Assembly: GCF_902652985.1 (NCBI RefSeq)
Contig: NC_047022.1
Location: forward strand, 6,014,001-6,078,000
Direction: 5' to 3'
DNA from: Pecten maximus
Taxonomy: Eukaryota
DNA length: 64,000 bases
Positions 1-13,200 of the stretch are shown here, one piece after another. The translations under genes were made by a program, and so were the position numbers. The notes below the pieces were generated by a model that was given only the letters and a program-made list of their open reading frames with translations, made no database searches and had not been told where the DNA came from. Numbering within the stretch: position 1 is the stretch's first letter; every line of letters begins with the position of its first letter.

Positions 1-736
1 CTTCAATGGACGCTTACAAAGCTAGTTCAGTGAGTTCGGTATGCCAATCTATGAATATTTACCTTGATCGTAAGTTAGGGAGTGGTATTCACACCTTAAT
101 ATATTTTAACATGATTTGCACATCTAAGTGAGTATAGTCATGTCCTGTAGGAATAAGGTAGGTCATGTCCTGTAAGAATAAGGTATTGCTGAAAGAGGCG
201 GGAGTAACTGCCGGGTAACAAAAGAGAAGTTGACAGGTACACTTTTAATCAAGTGCAGTCATTTCCTTGGACTACGGTTGCTTGGATGTATAAGGTGTAA
301 TAATAATGCAGACATTATGCAATTTAAATGAATGCAGGATACAGAAATATCGATAATGATACCTTAGGAAAATACAACTTAGAAACGTATCATGACCATG
401 CAAGGCGTTACCGGTGCTGTAGATTAGGTAAGGGTTATATAATTTGATCTTATTTGTAACAAGCATTTTTATTGGTTTAGAAAATTTACGCTATCAGTCC
501 ATAACGTAAAAATGACGTTTCCGTTATAACGTCGCTTTTGATTGGCGGATGCAGCAGCGTAATGATTTGTAAAAGAAAAGAGTTCATTAATCACAGATTC
601 ACAGTCTTCGTGTCATTGAAAGTTTGATTTAACTTGTTTGATGACACTTGATTGTCATTCCTTTAAGATCTACATCTACAATAAAATGAATTTTTGAAGG
701 GTAAATATTTAATTATGAGGATTGACTTGAATATAT

Positions 737-853
737 TGTTTATTTTATGGAGTTTTATCACCAAACAACCGGAGTGTGCTCTCATCATAAAGCGCTTCGC
801 GGTTTATCTAGAGTACGCTAAGTTTGTTACGTTATAACTCCATAATATAAACA
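737..853. repeat. Imperfect long hairpin, probably part of a non-autonomous DNA element
   Basis: tgtttattttatggagttt...gcgcttcgcg...ataactccataatataaaca; the arms are reverse-complementary. Confidence 0.55.
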
Positions 854-1361
854 TTTAAAATCACAGGCACATCTACAATATAATTACAAGACACGGTGGA
901 TCTGTCATGACAGATTCTACTTATCATATGGCATTAATTTACTTTTGTTTCGTCCTGTTCTCATTGTTCAGCCAGCTCATCGATCAACGTTTTGGGCCGC
1001 ATCACTAAAAACCAAAAACTTGGTCAAGTGCACATGTGCCATAAAAAATAGTGCCAAAAACAACGAAGCTTGTGTGGAATTTACTTTAAAATCAATAGTG
1101 TCATTTCATTTGTTTTGCATATGAAATTCTGGGAATTTTAAAGGAAAAAGGCGACAATGCAAGCACCTGTTTATATTGTGACGTCACATGTCAACACAAG
1201 GCGCGAAAACACATTCTGCAAAAGCCATTCACTGTCCTTAAAGAACTATCGGGTGGCGTTTTTGACCGCTGTATATTTTCAAGTGTTACATTTCGAGGTA
1301 GGATTGTTGAGATATGTTACCGCCAAACACTGTGTTAAAACTACCGTGAAATGTGATAATT

Positions 1362-1635
1362 TATTACGGATTCCTTCTTTATTACGGATTTCGTCCTAAT
1401 TACGAATTCCGTCCTCATTAAAAATTCTGTCCTAACTACGGATTCCGTCCTAATTACAGGTTCCGTCCTAATTACACACTCCGTCCTATTGGCAGATTCT
1501 GTCTTCATTACGGATAATTTCATTTTCCTTCCTATTACGCATTCCGTCCTGATTATATGTTCCGTCCTAATTATAGTTCCATCATAATAATAGATTCCGT
1601 CCAAATAACAGATTCCATCCTGATGACAGACTCCA
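1362..1635. repeat. 18-bp minisatellite (aattacggattccgtcct), about 14 degenerate copies
   Basis: Directly visible; explains the periodic spurious ORF 1341-1604. Confidence 0.9.
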
Positions 1636-2057
1636 CAACCTCAAATATTAGTTATGAAAGCCCGAGTGTAGTCCTCGTATTTCCTCAGAAATGTGTTCTT
1701 TTCACAAAATTACCTCATTCCTGCAAGACTCGTTAATTATACAACTCATTTCCATGTTTGTTTCGTGTGAAAAACAAGATAGCCGAGGAGTACACCAATC
1801 CTGTACCTCATAATCAAGGATAATATTCCAAAGCTGATATCGCGAAACTCACTGAACTAGTTTTGTTTACGTTCAATGAAGGTCAAACACTTCCTCTCAG
1901 GTATACATTACTTCCTGTAGCAAGCTTAACGCTTCACAAAATAATTGATTCATTTTAAGTCATTAATATATTTTGTGAATGTAGTAGAATTATAGTTCAT
2001 ATTGATTGGAGTATTTCTTATGGCAGCTATGAAGCAGTTCTACGCAGTTCATTAAGA

Positions 2058-2195
2058 TATGGATACTGTGTCCGTAACATGGATATTATACCCATGATAT
2101 GAATACTATGCCCGAAATATGGTCATAACGTCCGTAATATTGATACTCTTCTATGCTATGCCCGTAGTATGAATACTATGCCCGTACTATGGAAA
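2058..2195. repeat. 18-bp minisatellite (atatggatactatgcccgta-like), about 7 copies
   Basis: Directly visible. Confidence 0.8.
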
Positions 2196-3604
2196 CTAAT
2201 AAATATGTACTTTGGCGTTCCATTTTTTCAAAAGCATAACGAAAGTTATATGAAAATAATAATAATACAAAAAATTGCTTTATGACAAAAGTATGAAATC
2301 TAGACCGGTGCTATTGAGATTATATTATCCGCCTGAAAACTAAACAACTAAGATGATTTAATATCTATATTTTAGTATCCTGTACCACCGTTCAATAACC
2401 TAATTTTGTTGCAGGACATAAAAACCAAAAGCATACGACACAATATTAAATCATATGATTTCCTTAATTCAAGGAATATTGAAGAAAACGGCTCCTTGTG
2501 GTACTCTTCACTGACACAAAGGGACAAATTAATTTTTTGGAAATCTAATTCAGCATTTTCGAAAAAAGATATAGCAAAGTAGATGTTCCTATCTATTGAA
2601 TTAATTGATCTTTTTGTCTTTGGCTACACAAGCATATTCAAATAATATCTGTGCTTACAGTGGGAAATTTAAATCATACATGCTTTTATTTATTCACTAA
2701 ATTATCTATTAAATGAAAACTTCAGATATTAATCAATTTTAGCTACACAATTGGTACTATGACTTCCTCTCGTTCAACTGGTACTAAATGGAATCCATAC
2801 TGAAACGTAACCTTGGGACCTCAGCTTCCCTCTTTATCGAGAGTGCTCTTAAACATCCGTAATTGTTTATCAATATTATCAAAATAAAGGAAATGTTAAT
2901 GAAGTCATGGTTTTCAGTATAAAACATCAGTATATGGTATTAGTGGTGTAGCTATCGATATCATCAGACAGCTCCCTACTGAAGAAACCAATACGCCGAG
3001 AATAACTTAGTCATTTAGACAAACAGAACTTTAGTTGTATCGTTTTACAGATGACAAAAGGTGTCCTATTGAATCAGTTTGTGGGTTTAATTAATCGATG
3101 AAATCTGAACCTTTCCTTTTGTTGTCGGAGATGACAACCCATTAGTTTATACAATTTTCTCTTATTAATTATTGGACGTCAATATAATGAAAGCTACATA
3201 CCGTTTGTGTGTACTCGTCGGCTGTATCGCTGAAGCCATTTTGCAAACGGAATCCTTTTAAAGGGACGGCATGCTGATAGTGCTAAAAGAGACCAAGGGA
3301 TAATTAATTTGTATAATACTGTTATGTTTTTTTAGTTTAAGCATGGCCTTATTAGATAATAAAGATATAAATAATAACCAAAAATTAATGATTTTGTTTA
3401 GTCTTTAAAACATATGATCAATGAATTCATAGCAACAAAACAGAAGAGTAAATTGTCGAATTATCAAGGCAGGCTGTACCTTTATAAAGACACAAATATG
3501 TCTGAAAAGATCAAAGAAAAATGTAATGTAATTCCGTTTTAAATGAAAATATCGCAACAATTTTTAGTGATGTCGGTGGTATGTGGCTGATACCCATAAG
3601 CATG

Positions 3605-3700
3605 AGCGGGGCGACTGGTTAACCTGTTGTCAGTATAATGTGACCAGGTGAGGTGTCCTGCTGGGTGTCTTCAGAAGTATGCTTCAGTGAGGTAACACTG
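3605..3700 (+). mobile_element. Fragment of a SINE-like dispersed repeat (same family as 14572-14945)
   Basis: gactggtt..cagtataatgtgacc..tgctgggtgtctt..cttcagtgaggtaa matches the reverse complement of about 14735-14825. Confidence 0.6.
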
Positions 3701-3844
3701 AAAAAAATCGGCATCAGGCATCCGCGCTATCAGACGGAGTCATTCAATCTCATACAAAGAGAAAGAGACTGTATTTAAGTGTGTATAACTGTTTAAAGGA
3801 CATAACGCTAAAATAAATTTAAATGATAATGCTACGGATTTCAG

Positions 3845-4230
3845 TACGAAAGTTAATTAGGGTCATTTTGAAATGTAAACTGAAAAATTATATCTCGTTA
3901 AAACGCGGTAAGTATAGCATTAAAACGCGTAAGTATGATTTTATCTCGTTATAACGCGATAATTATCCTGTTAAAACGTTTTAGTTATTTCGTTTAAACG
4001 CGATAATTGTCTCGTTAAAACGCGATAATTATGAAGTTAAAACGCGTTAGATATCATGTTAAATCATAGATATAGGTACGTATATATCTTATATAACTAA
4101 CGCGTCTTAACGAGATAACTATCGCGTTTTCACGAGATAACTATCGCGTTTTCACGAGATAACTAACGCGTTTTAACGAGATACATGTTTTTCTTTTTGC
4201 TTTTCAAAATGAACCGAATAGGCTTTCGTA
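3845..4230. mobile_element. MITE/foldback-type element with about 29-bp TIRs and inverted arrays of 22-bp subterminal repeats
   Basis: Left tacgaaagttaattagggtcattttgaaa; right tttcaaaatgaaccgaataggctttcgta; internal (tatctcgttaaaacgcg..)n then (cgcgttttaacgagata..)n; TA at both ends. Confidence 0.85.
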
Positions 4231-4659
4231 TTTCAAGGGGTCTTCCTAATTCAGTTAAACTATTTTGTCCAAATGCAACTATTGAACAGAAAACAAATGA
4301 TTACTTTACAGACGTAGTTTCGTAAATTGAGTAATATTTCACTCGGTTCAGTTACGTTGCCAATCATACGGTAGACATGCTTTGATGTTTTGCACAATTG
4401 TCAAATATTGTGTTCATACATTTCCGAGTCTGCTCCAGTAAGATGGAACTGTTCAGCTCTGTCGCATATGTAACAGCATGATTACGTTTAATACTGCTCA
4501 AAAAACAAATGACTTGACAAATTTGTTCTGCATATTAATAATGTTCTTGGTACTCAGTGTAGCGGTATAATTGCTGAGTTAAATTAACCATGACAACTCC
4601 TAATTCATTGTATCTTGAATAAGTACATGGAACCCATGATTATGTTCTGGGTTCTGTTA

Positions 4660-4805
4660 TGCTTTTTTGTGTGTGTGTGTGTTTTTTTGTTTTTTTTTGT
4701 TTTTGTTGATCTTCTTTTTAATTATTAGTTCTGATGTATTTTTGTTTGTTTTTTGTTTGCTTTTGTTTGTTTTTTGTTTGTTTGTGTTTTTGTTTGTTTG
4801 TTTTT
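4660..4805. repeat. GT/GTTT low-complexity microsatellite
   Basis: Directly visible. Confidence 0.85.
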
Positions 4806-6855
4806 GAATATCGGTGTTATGTCCCAAACAAAGTCTTGCGTTAAAAACTTTATGAAATCACTCAGGCTGTTATTACAATTTTATGATTTTAAAACTCTGA
4901 CACATTTTAAATCAAATGATTTAATGTTTTTCTCTTTTATCCGGAAACAATAGTTTGTGTAATTGTCTGGAATACCTTTCGATACTAAATTTATTCATCA
5001 ATCGTAATTCGTATTGTATTTCCTTGCCAAAACTTAGTAATAATGACTCGACTTCGGGATGATCAATTAGTGGGATTAGTACAGAGAACAGCCAATGATG
5101 ACACATTTCATAGGGATACGAAGGTTTAAAGCATGGGTACATATTTTATTGTTTACATATCCTATTGTTTACATATCGTATTGTTTACCTTTTTCCAAAA
5201 CGAATATCCGTTTAAGCAAATGTATACACGTGGACTTGGATAATATCTTGACAATATAGTATAATGCCAGAAACAACAAACGCTGAAAGCTGCAGTTCAA
5301 TGTTTGAGATATAACATTGTTCATACATGTAATATTACGTAATAATACTCAGTAGAACGTGTTATATTTGAAATTAACACAGAAGATGGAATTTTCCGAA
5401 ACTTGGCAAACATTCGACACTTTTGCGATAAAAAACAAAACAAAACAACTATTATCTAGGACTCTTGCGATGCTCAACATTCGATAAAAATATCAATATA
5501 TAATGTATTGTATAAAGATTTCAGCCCAGCAGGGAAAATGTTTGTAAGGCAGGTACTCTATCTAGCCTTGGAAAGACAATTCGGAAGTGATTTTCGGTTG
5601 TTTACTTGTCTGATGCATTACCTGAATAGGTTCATTTGACTTTGAATTATATATTTTTACTAGAGGCTTAGAGCGCTGTAGTAATTATTCCAATGTTTGA
5701 ACAATGTGTCGACTGAGAAAATATTTACAAAAGACCAGACGCAGTTTGCGATTTGAAACTATGATTTATTTGGACAACCTTGAATAAACAATTTGAAACT
5801 AAATCAACTTATTTATTACGATATGCTTAACAAGTGATATTATTTCGATCATTATGAGATCGCGGAGGTCCAGATGGCGATACAGCTAATGCATTGCTGA
5901 ATACTGACTCTTTCATGGTGTTGCCTGTAACAACCGTTCATCGAGTCACGTCTAAATCCTTCAAAGTATTGTTAGCTTAACTCGCCAAAATTGCAGTAAA
6001 ATAACTCCTTTTCCTCGTTGTTTGCTCTGGTAACATCAAATATCCATTGTTTTTCTACACGTTTAAACAATATATGTACAAAATATTTCAGAGTGTATTA
6101 GATTTTTATGAAAGTTTTCAGGAAAATAACAGCATGAAGTTGATGATGCTTTTCGAAAAACGCTTGTACCAGAGAAACCTCCCGCGATGATTGTTATTTA
6201 AGTAATGTCGACACAAATATTCTTTGTCAACTGCCCCTTTAGAAACTATTTGGTTTAATTGTCATTTGATTTTGATTATGGCAATTCACTTTGGGCGATT
6301 AATCAATTCTGTTCAGGATCGGAATATATTGCTCTAAATTAGAATATATGTACTGCAGCCATTTTACTTGTTTGCTCCCAACCGGAAACTTGTGACGTCA
6401 CTTCCTGATCAATACAAACTAGCTATGTTCGGTCTTGGGTGTTAAATTGTTTTAAAGCATAGTACGCCAGATACCACTGTCAATAACATTAAAAGTCGAT
6501 ACTGGGTGATACTAGAAATAGAAACGACGAATGAAATCGTAATTTTTAAACAGTTTTCACGTACGACAAATATTGTTTTGCTAGATTTAGAAATGAATTT
6601 GAGAGTATGAGGTATGGAAACGAGTTTTATGTTTCCAGGGGTGATCATTTATAATTATAAATATCAATTTATTTGAAATTATTTAAAAATTAAGGACCTA
6701 TTATGCGTGGCACGGATCGAGTTGCTGATCAAACATTTATTTTTTTCCCATTAAAGTGTCTCTTTTTATATATAAAGGAGTATAATATATATCCCAGAAA
6801 TGATGTTTTATCCTGAGATATATCATGGTTTGTTTTTTTTCAGTACTATTTTCAG

Positions 6856-6948
6856 ATGTTATTATCAAAACATTACATGACATCAAATTCCAATCGCCTC
6901 GCAACAACCTACTATCACGTGACATATATGAGCCCAATCATGGTCAAG
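6856..6948 (+). CDS. Tentative upstream N-terminal DAT exon (DVIIKTLHDIKFQSPRNNLLSRDIYEPNHGQ)
   Basis: ttttcag acceptor, AAG|gtttgt donor, 93 nt, open, and its phase-1 end matches the phase-1 acceptor at 7055. No homology support; the true start exon was not identified. Confidence 0.4.
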
Positions 6949-7055
6949 GTTTGTCGACCTTGACCCCTCAGAAGTAATAAAACAATGAGCTGTGTTGACA
7001 GTGTAACGAAATGACGGTCGTTATATCGAGGTTATGTTTCCTGTTCTCATTATAG

Positions 7056-7214
7056 GTACACTCTTGGAAAAGTCCCCTGGAATGGAGGCGGACCATCAAG
7101 AGGAACGAGAAACATGGGGCAAAAAGGCGGATTTCCTTCTTTCCGTGATTGGGTTCGCTGTGGATTTAGCTAATGTATGGCGGTTCCCGTATTTATGTTA
7201 CAAAAATGGCGGAG
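7056..7214 (+). CDS. DAT: DAT exon (N-terminus, TM1)
   Basis: tatag acceptor; [44 protein letters not shown]; non-canonical AG|GCAAGT donor. Confidence 0.92.
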
Positions 7215-10200
7215 GCAAGTTTTACTTTTTTTTGTATCACATGACGCACGTGAATATAAGTACATTTTTTTGTATATCTTCTAATGTGTTCAAATAAAAA
7301 AGATAATGTTTTGATGCTTGAATAAGTAAGATATAATTTATAATATATAATATAAAAATTATGGTATTTTATAGTGTCGAATTAATTGTATTGATAATAT
7401 ATTTGTGGTATTGAATATTATGAATATACATGTATCAGTTTTGTTAAAAAAATTAACAGACTATATTTATAGAATAAGCATAACGCTATTCCAGGGGCCT
7501 TTCTGATCCCATACGGTCTCATGTTGCTCATGGGAGGTATACCGTTGTTTTATATGGAACTGGCTCTCGGCCAGTACAACAAATCCGGTGCCATCACTTG
7601 TTGGGGAAGACTGTGTCCGCTGTTCAAAGGTAAGCATACCGACGTGAGCTTGTGCTTATTTGTGACAAAATGTGTTTACTAAAAGCAGGCACGCCAACAT
7701 TTGGTACTCGTTATGTTGTTTCCAAAATGGCATATCTAGGGACTCTATACAATTGTAGGTATTTGTGCGAATAAACAAAACTAGCTATATTCTGTCATTA
7801 AAAATATTCTGTCGATTCATACCCTTATCACTGCGGCCTTGGGGAAACGTTTATCGCGTTTGTCCCAATAAACATCCTTGATATTTTACTGATATTTAAG
7901 ACATTTAAGACAAATGCTTTGTTGCCTGAATATCCTAAAACCATCAGATATAAGCAATTAAACTAATGAAAAAAAAAGAAAAAAAAAAAGAAAAAAGAAA
8001 AAGTGAAAAAAGAAAACGAAAAGAACCCTTCTCAAATCGCCATGAACAAGCCATACTCTTCATCATAATCATTTGAATGCTTGTCTAGAATTTTTAATTA
8101 ACATTTTCATAGAGGGTCAGGTAATAAAACACATAATTAAGAGGTAAGACAAGGAGAAAACAGATCAGTCTTGCATTGGGCAAAACAAAATTGTAAATAT
8201 ATTTTCATCTTATGCATTATTTATTTTATTCATTTTGATGTGTACTATTAGCGCTTCTTCACTAATATTCTTTTTCTTTTTTCAGGTATTGGATGGGCAG
8301 TAGTGTTGATAGCATTTTACACAGACTTTTTCTATAACGTCATCATTGCTTGGGCCCTTCATTACTTGATCAGGTCATTCACGAGTGAGCTCCCTTGGGC
8401 GTCATGTGGTAATGAATGGAATACAGAATTCTGTTACGACGGTAAAAATAGAACAAAGGCCGATAACTCTAGTGTAAATATGACCGACGAACTTACCTCT
8501 GCTTCGCCAATGCTGGCTGGAATGACTACCGTTGGGTCATTGTTGAACGAGACTGTTCAGAATGCCACGAGGATACCCCGATATTCCCCGGCCGAGGAAT
8601 ATTTTGTGTGAGTATACAAATCTAATCATTGTGACACTTTTGTTTATTACGGTTCGTTACTAATAGTCGACAAAATATGTATATATGCTATTTATATCAT
8701 GATGAAATCATTAACAATGGTAACATATGAAAGTACTTTTCACTCATTATCGCAGGTAAGTTAGTAATAACCATATCACAGAAACTGCTGTTTTGACAAT
8801 GAAAAATGTCCCCTGCTTCAATATGCACAGTTTCCGCGTCCTCCACACACACTACTATATATCCTCTTCAGATTTGACAATAATAACTTTGTGTAGGCTT
8901 CCATCCGGAGTGTCCTCTTCTTCCACATATACTATGATACATGTTATCCAGATATTACAATACCTACTTTGTGTATCCTTCCAGTCGGAGTTTCCTTGTT
9001 ATCCAGCTATTACAATGATAACTTTGTGTTCCTCTTCTTCCAAAGACAACATTATATATTTCATCCATATTTCACAATGATAACTTTTTCCCCATTCCAG
9101 GCGGAGTTTCCTTGGCCTCCATAGAAGTAATGGGATATTTGAGGCTGGAGCAGTCCAGTGGCAAATAGTACTATGTCTTCTAGGTGTATACGTGATATGT
9201 TACTTTAGCCTGTGGAAGGGAATATCAACCTCAGGCAAGGTCAGTATTGAAAGGTCTGCCTTTCTGTCTCTCTGTATTTTGGCTAAACATTTGTGTATTT
9301 GTTACCATGACATCGTATCATATTTACCTTAATCGTGAATACATTTCTGACTGAACGTGTTTTCGCAATCCTCCATTTAACTTCTTAAATGTACTAAATC
9401 GGGATTACTTTCAGGTTGTGTGGTTTACAGCGCTCTTTCCATACGTTGTGTTGTTTATCCTGATGATCAGAGGGGCGACTCTCCCGGGGGCTGGGAAAGG
9501 TATCGAATATTACCTAACTCCGGACTTTGCTCGACTCGCTAATTCGGAGGTGGGTCATGTATATATTCATTTGGACCTGTAAATGCTGAAATTTAGAGTT
9601 CGTTCTTTGTTTCAATCGATTTATTTGTTAAGGTCTTGGAATCTAGAATGTAGTTTCTGATTTGATGCCGGCTATTGCTACCTAGCATGGAAATAATGAT
9701 CACATTATCAATAATACTAAATGTGTTGGTTTCAATTTCACATCACAGGAGTCCATTGTTTTTTCAACTTCTTGAAAATGCTGTGTGCCCCTGAATTGGG
9801 TATATTATTACAATGGTATGGTGATAATGACGCCCTGATTGGAGCTTCAGATTAAAGTGCCTGACACAGCATTCTATAGATCATCTACGGCATATCTTTG
9901 TTTCTCTTCGGAAGAGTATCATATGTTTTCCTAAGTCCTATGTTTTTAAACAGTACATGCATTTAATTTATTCAAAAGGATAATTAAAATGTACATAATC
10001 AGAGAACACTACAACACTTTAAAAGAAGTAATTACGTACTTATATCAATCCGCCTTCCCTATCGCGGTGGCCGGTTGGTTAAGGTGTCCTCACACTTTAT
10101 CACTAGCCCTCCACCTCTTGGTTGCGAGTTCGAAACCTACGTGGGGCAGTTGCCAGGTACTGACCGTAGGCCGGTGGTTTTTCTCCGGGTACTCTGGCTT

Positions 10201-13200
10201 TCCTACACCCCCAAAACCTGGCACGTCCTTAAATGACCCTGGCTGTAAAAAGGACGTTAAATTAAAACAAATCAAAACCAAATTCTTTGTGAGACAGGCA
10301 TGACAAACAGAAAAGGTGTTATGGTGAGCCACAGACAACCATCCTGTATGTCTATGGCCCGTAGATTACTTGCAGTAAAGTCAGCAGATGATACTAATAC
10401 TATATTAATAGTGGAAACAGTAAAAATAGTTATGTCAATAATAAAATAATGACGTAAACCCATTTACAATAATGAAGTTGAAGAGGATTTTTTAAAAGTG
10501 TATAAAAAAAGATAGGACGTAAAAAGGTGAGGGGTCATCTGTCCGACCAAGTGGGTTTTCTCTGGTACTATGGTTTCTTCCACACTGAGTCCTTGCGCAC
10601 TTGCATCCAAGTCATAAAGCGTGATTAATATAAGTTGATAAAACTTGTTTCGTAATTGTTGTATAATAAATAAAGATGGTTTTTGGCATCTTTTTTTTTT
10701 CATTTCGAGAAGATAGAAGCGTAGATGTAGCCTCAGATATAAGGATTTTAAAAGCAATTTTACAGAGTTGCTATGGCAAGTGAACATATTATTGGAAGAC
10801 ATTTCGATTTGTGTCTCTGCAGAATAAATAGTTTCGTCAATGTCTTCTTTCTAGGGAGCAATAGATAAACCGATACCAGGCACGCAGAACGCAAATGTAC
10901 GTGGCGACGAATGGGGAGTCTTTACACCATATAATGCCTTTAAACGTGCTTCCCTTTTCCATTTCTGTTGGCGACTACCAGCTTTCATGTGACTGGATTC
11001 TTTGAGATCGTTAAGCAGTGTGATTATTTTAACATATAAATAGAGCAACAGGACAGTAGAGTAACTGAACAATCGAAATTTTTATTAATAATATTTTTGT
11101 TTCACCAGGTGTGGGTAGATGCTGCTACACAGGTGTTCTTCTCACTAGGTCCCTGGGTTCGGTGTACTGTTGGCGTTTGCTAGTTATAACAAACTCAACA
11201 ACAACGTCTACAGGTAAGTAAATAGTATACATTTAGCTGTTGTTTACCATATTAGAATATGTGATTGACAAAAGAATGTTTTTATGTTGAAAGAGGATTA
11301 TACATGATGCTATGGAATTCATAAAACAATTAAAAACCCTTCTTTCCGTTCATTATATTTTAAACATATGAAAATTTCCAAAACATTTCCCCTTCTTTTT
11401 GTCCATAGAATCAACAATTCTGCTTTGTCTCGTGGTAGTTGTACATATTGCCTTTTTTCTATGCATTGGAATCTTCGGAAACAGACGATACAAATGTAAA
11501 CGTAAAAGGGGACATGGCAGCTTATAATTCGTCCAACAGATAGTTGGTAATCATTCGATTAATTGAGCCTAAACCATTAGTCTATCATTGCCATTGCGTC
11601 CTGCTAAACTGTCCGTATAATAGGCCTAGCCCGGTCTTAATAGTGTCCTTAACTACTAAATCGACATTTCTCTAGTACACAAGTGCTTGTCGATAGATAC
11701 TAAAACAGAATTAACACATATTTCTTTCGCCCTTAATCCAACTGGTCTGAAATGTCGACTAGATACAACCGGAAACGGCCCCGGAGCGTAGTAACAAGAT
11801 TTACTAATGAATCCTTTTACTCCTAGTTCCGGTTCGTTAAACAAAGCGCCGTTTTAACCATGATCCACCAAATCCTCTGAACGTTTTATTTCCACCACAT
11901 TACTGCTTCGCGGCATTTAAGTTTATAACACTGACCCAGAATGCGTTTTACCCAGACGGTCTCAACCACAATCATCTTAGATACCAGAATCACGTCATAG
12001 GTAAAGAGATGTTGCTTCCGTCATTTTGTTTTCCGCATTGAAATTTTCTTGCAAGCAAGTAAACCTGAACATCATGAGATTAGCTTAGAACATCACCATA
12101 CTCTTAAGACTGAAACCAACATGCAATTCGCTGATTTGGTAACAGATCATTTGCTGGATTATAGATGTTATGCGGTTTGGCCAGGGTAGATATCAGGGTT
12201 GTTTCGATGTTTGTACATGTCCTTTAAAATGTTTTTACTATCACCTAATCTAAGTTGTAAAGGGTAAACTTTGCCAGATAAGCATTAGGTTAGACATCTG
12301 CGATATAATTTTCTGAAGATTGTATCGTACTAAAATTAATTAAGAAATATATACGGTTTTCACAGGTTTTATATGTTTTATTTGTTCACATCACTCCTAA
12401 TTTCCTTTTTAAGAAACCGATGTTTACCGATGTTTGCCGATGCTTACCGATGTTTATCGATATTAATCGAGATAATGAATTCAATATATTTCCATGTTTC
12501 AGAGACGCCCTCGTAACGAGTGCCGTCAACTGTCTGACCAGCTTCTTTTCGGGGTTTGTAATCTTCATGATCCTCGGTTACATGGCCCAGCGGACCAATC
12601 AGGATATCGAAGACGTAGCAACGGACGGTTAGTGACGTCATCTTAAAAAATGTCTTTGTCATACAATTATAGAATAAAGGGAGAACTCAGATTTCTACAT
12701 CAACATACGGTAGAGTCTCTTCCGGACACGTTTAGGGGTCTTAACACGTTAACTACTAAAGTAAATTTTCGTTATATCGACCTTTGAAAACTTGAAAACT
12801 TTGTCAACTTAAGTAAAAACTCAATGGTTAGAGAAGAAAACATATAGAATACACTCGGTTAAATCGATACCACACATGTTTTCTTCTCGACTCCTATGAA
12901 TTCGAGATTACGAAAAAATCACAATGTTTTTCAGTACTTTTGTGTTTTAAGTCAGTATTCAGGGTTACATTAAAGATGATATATCACCGATAGAATGACA
13001 ACTTATGTATGTAACTTCCCGAAAACAACGGGGACTGTAACAGAGTTCATGTGGTGAAGCATTCCACATCAAACAAACATGAATAAAATGGTCCCCAAGT
13101 ACTTGCGTCCGTAACACCAGAAGACCGGATGTTACGAAGCAAACATAGAGGTAGACCTCGATGGATTTATTCAATATAAATCAAAAACAAAAATGAAAAC

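Noticed and set aside
10056-10150. tRNA gene
   Set aside because: A/B boxes run on into a SINE body and tail, with a diverged second copy; no clean cloverleaf
11148-11160. Programmed ribosomal frameshift or RNA editing in DAT
   Set aside because: No slippery heptamer; a consensus error is far more parsimonious
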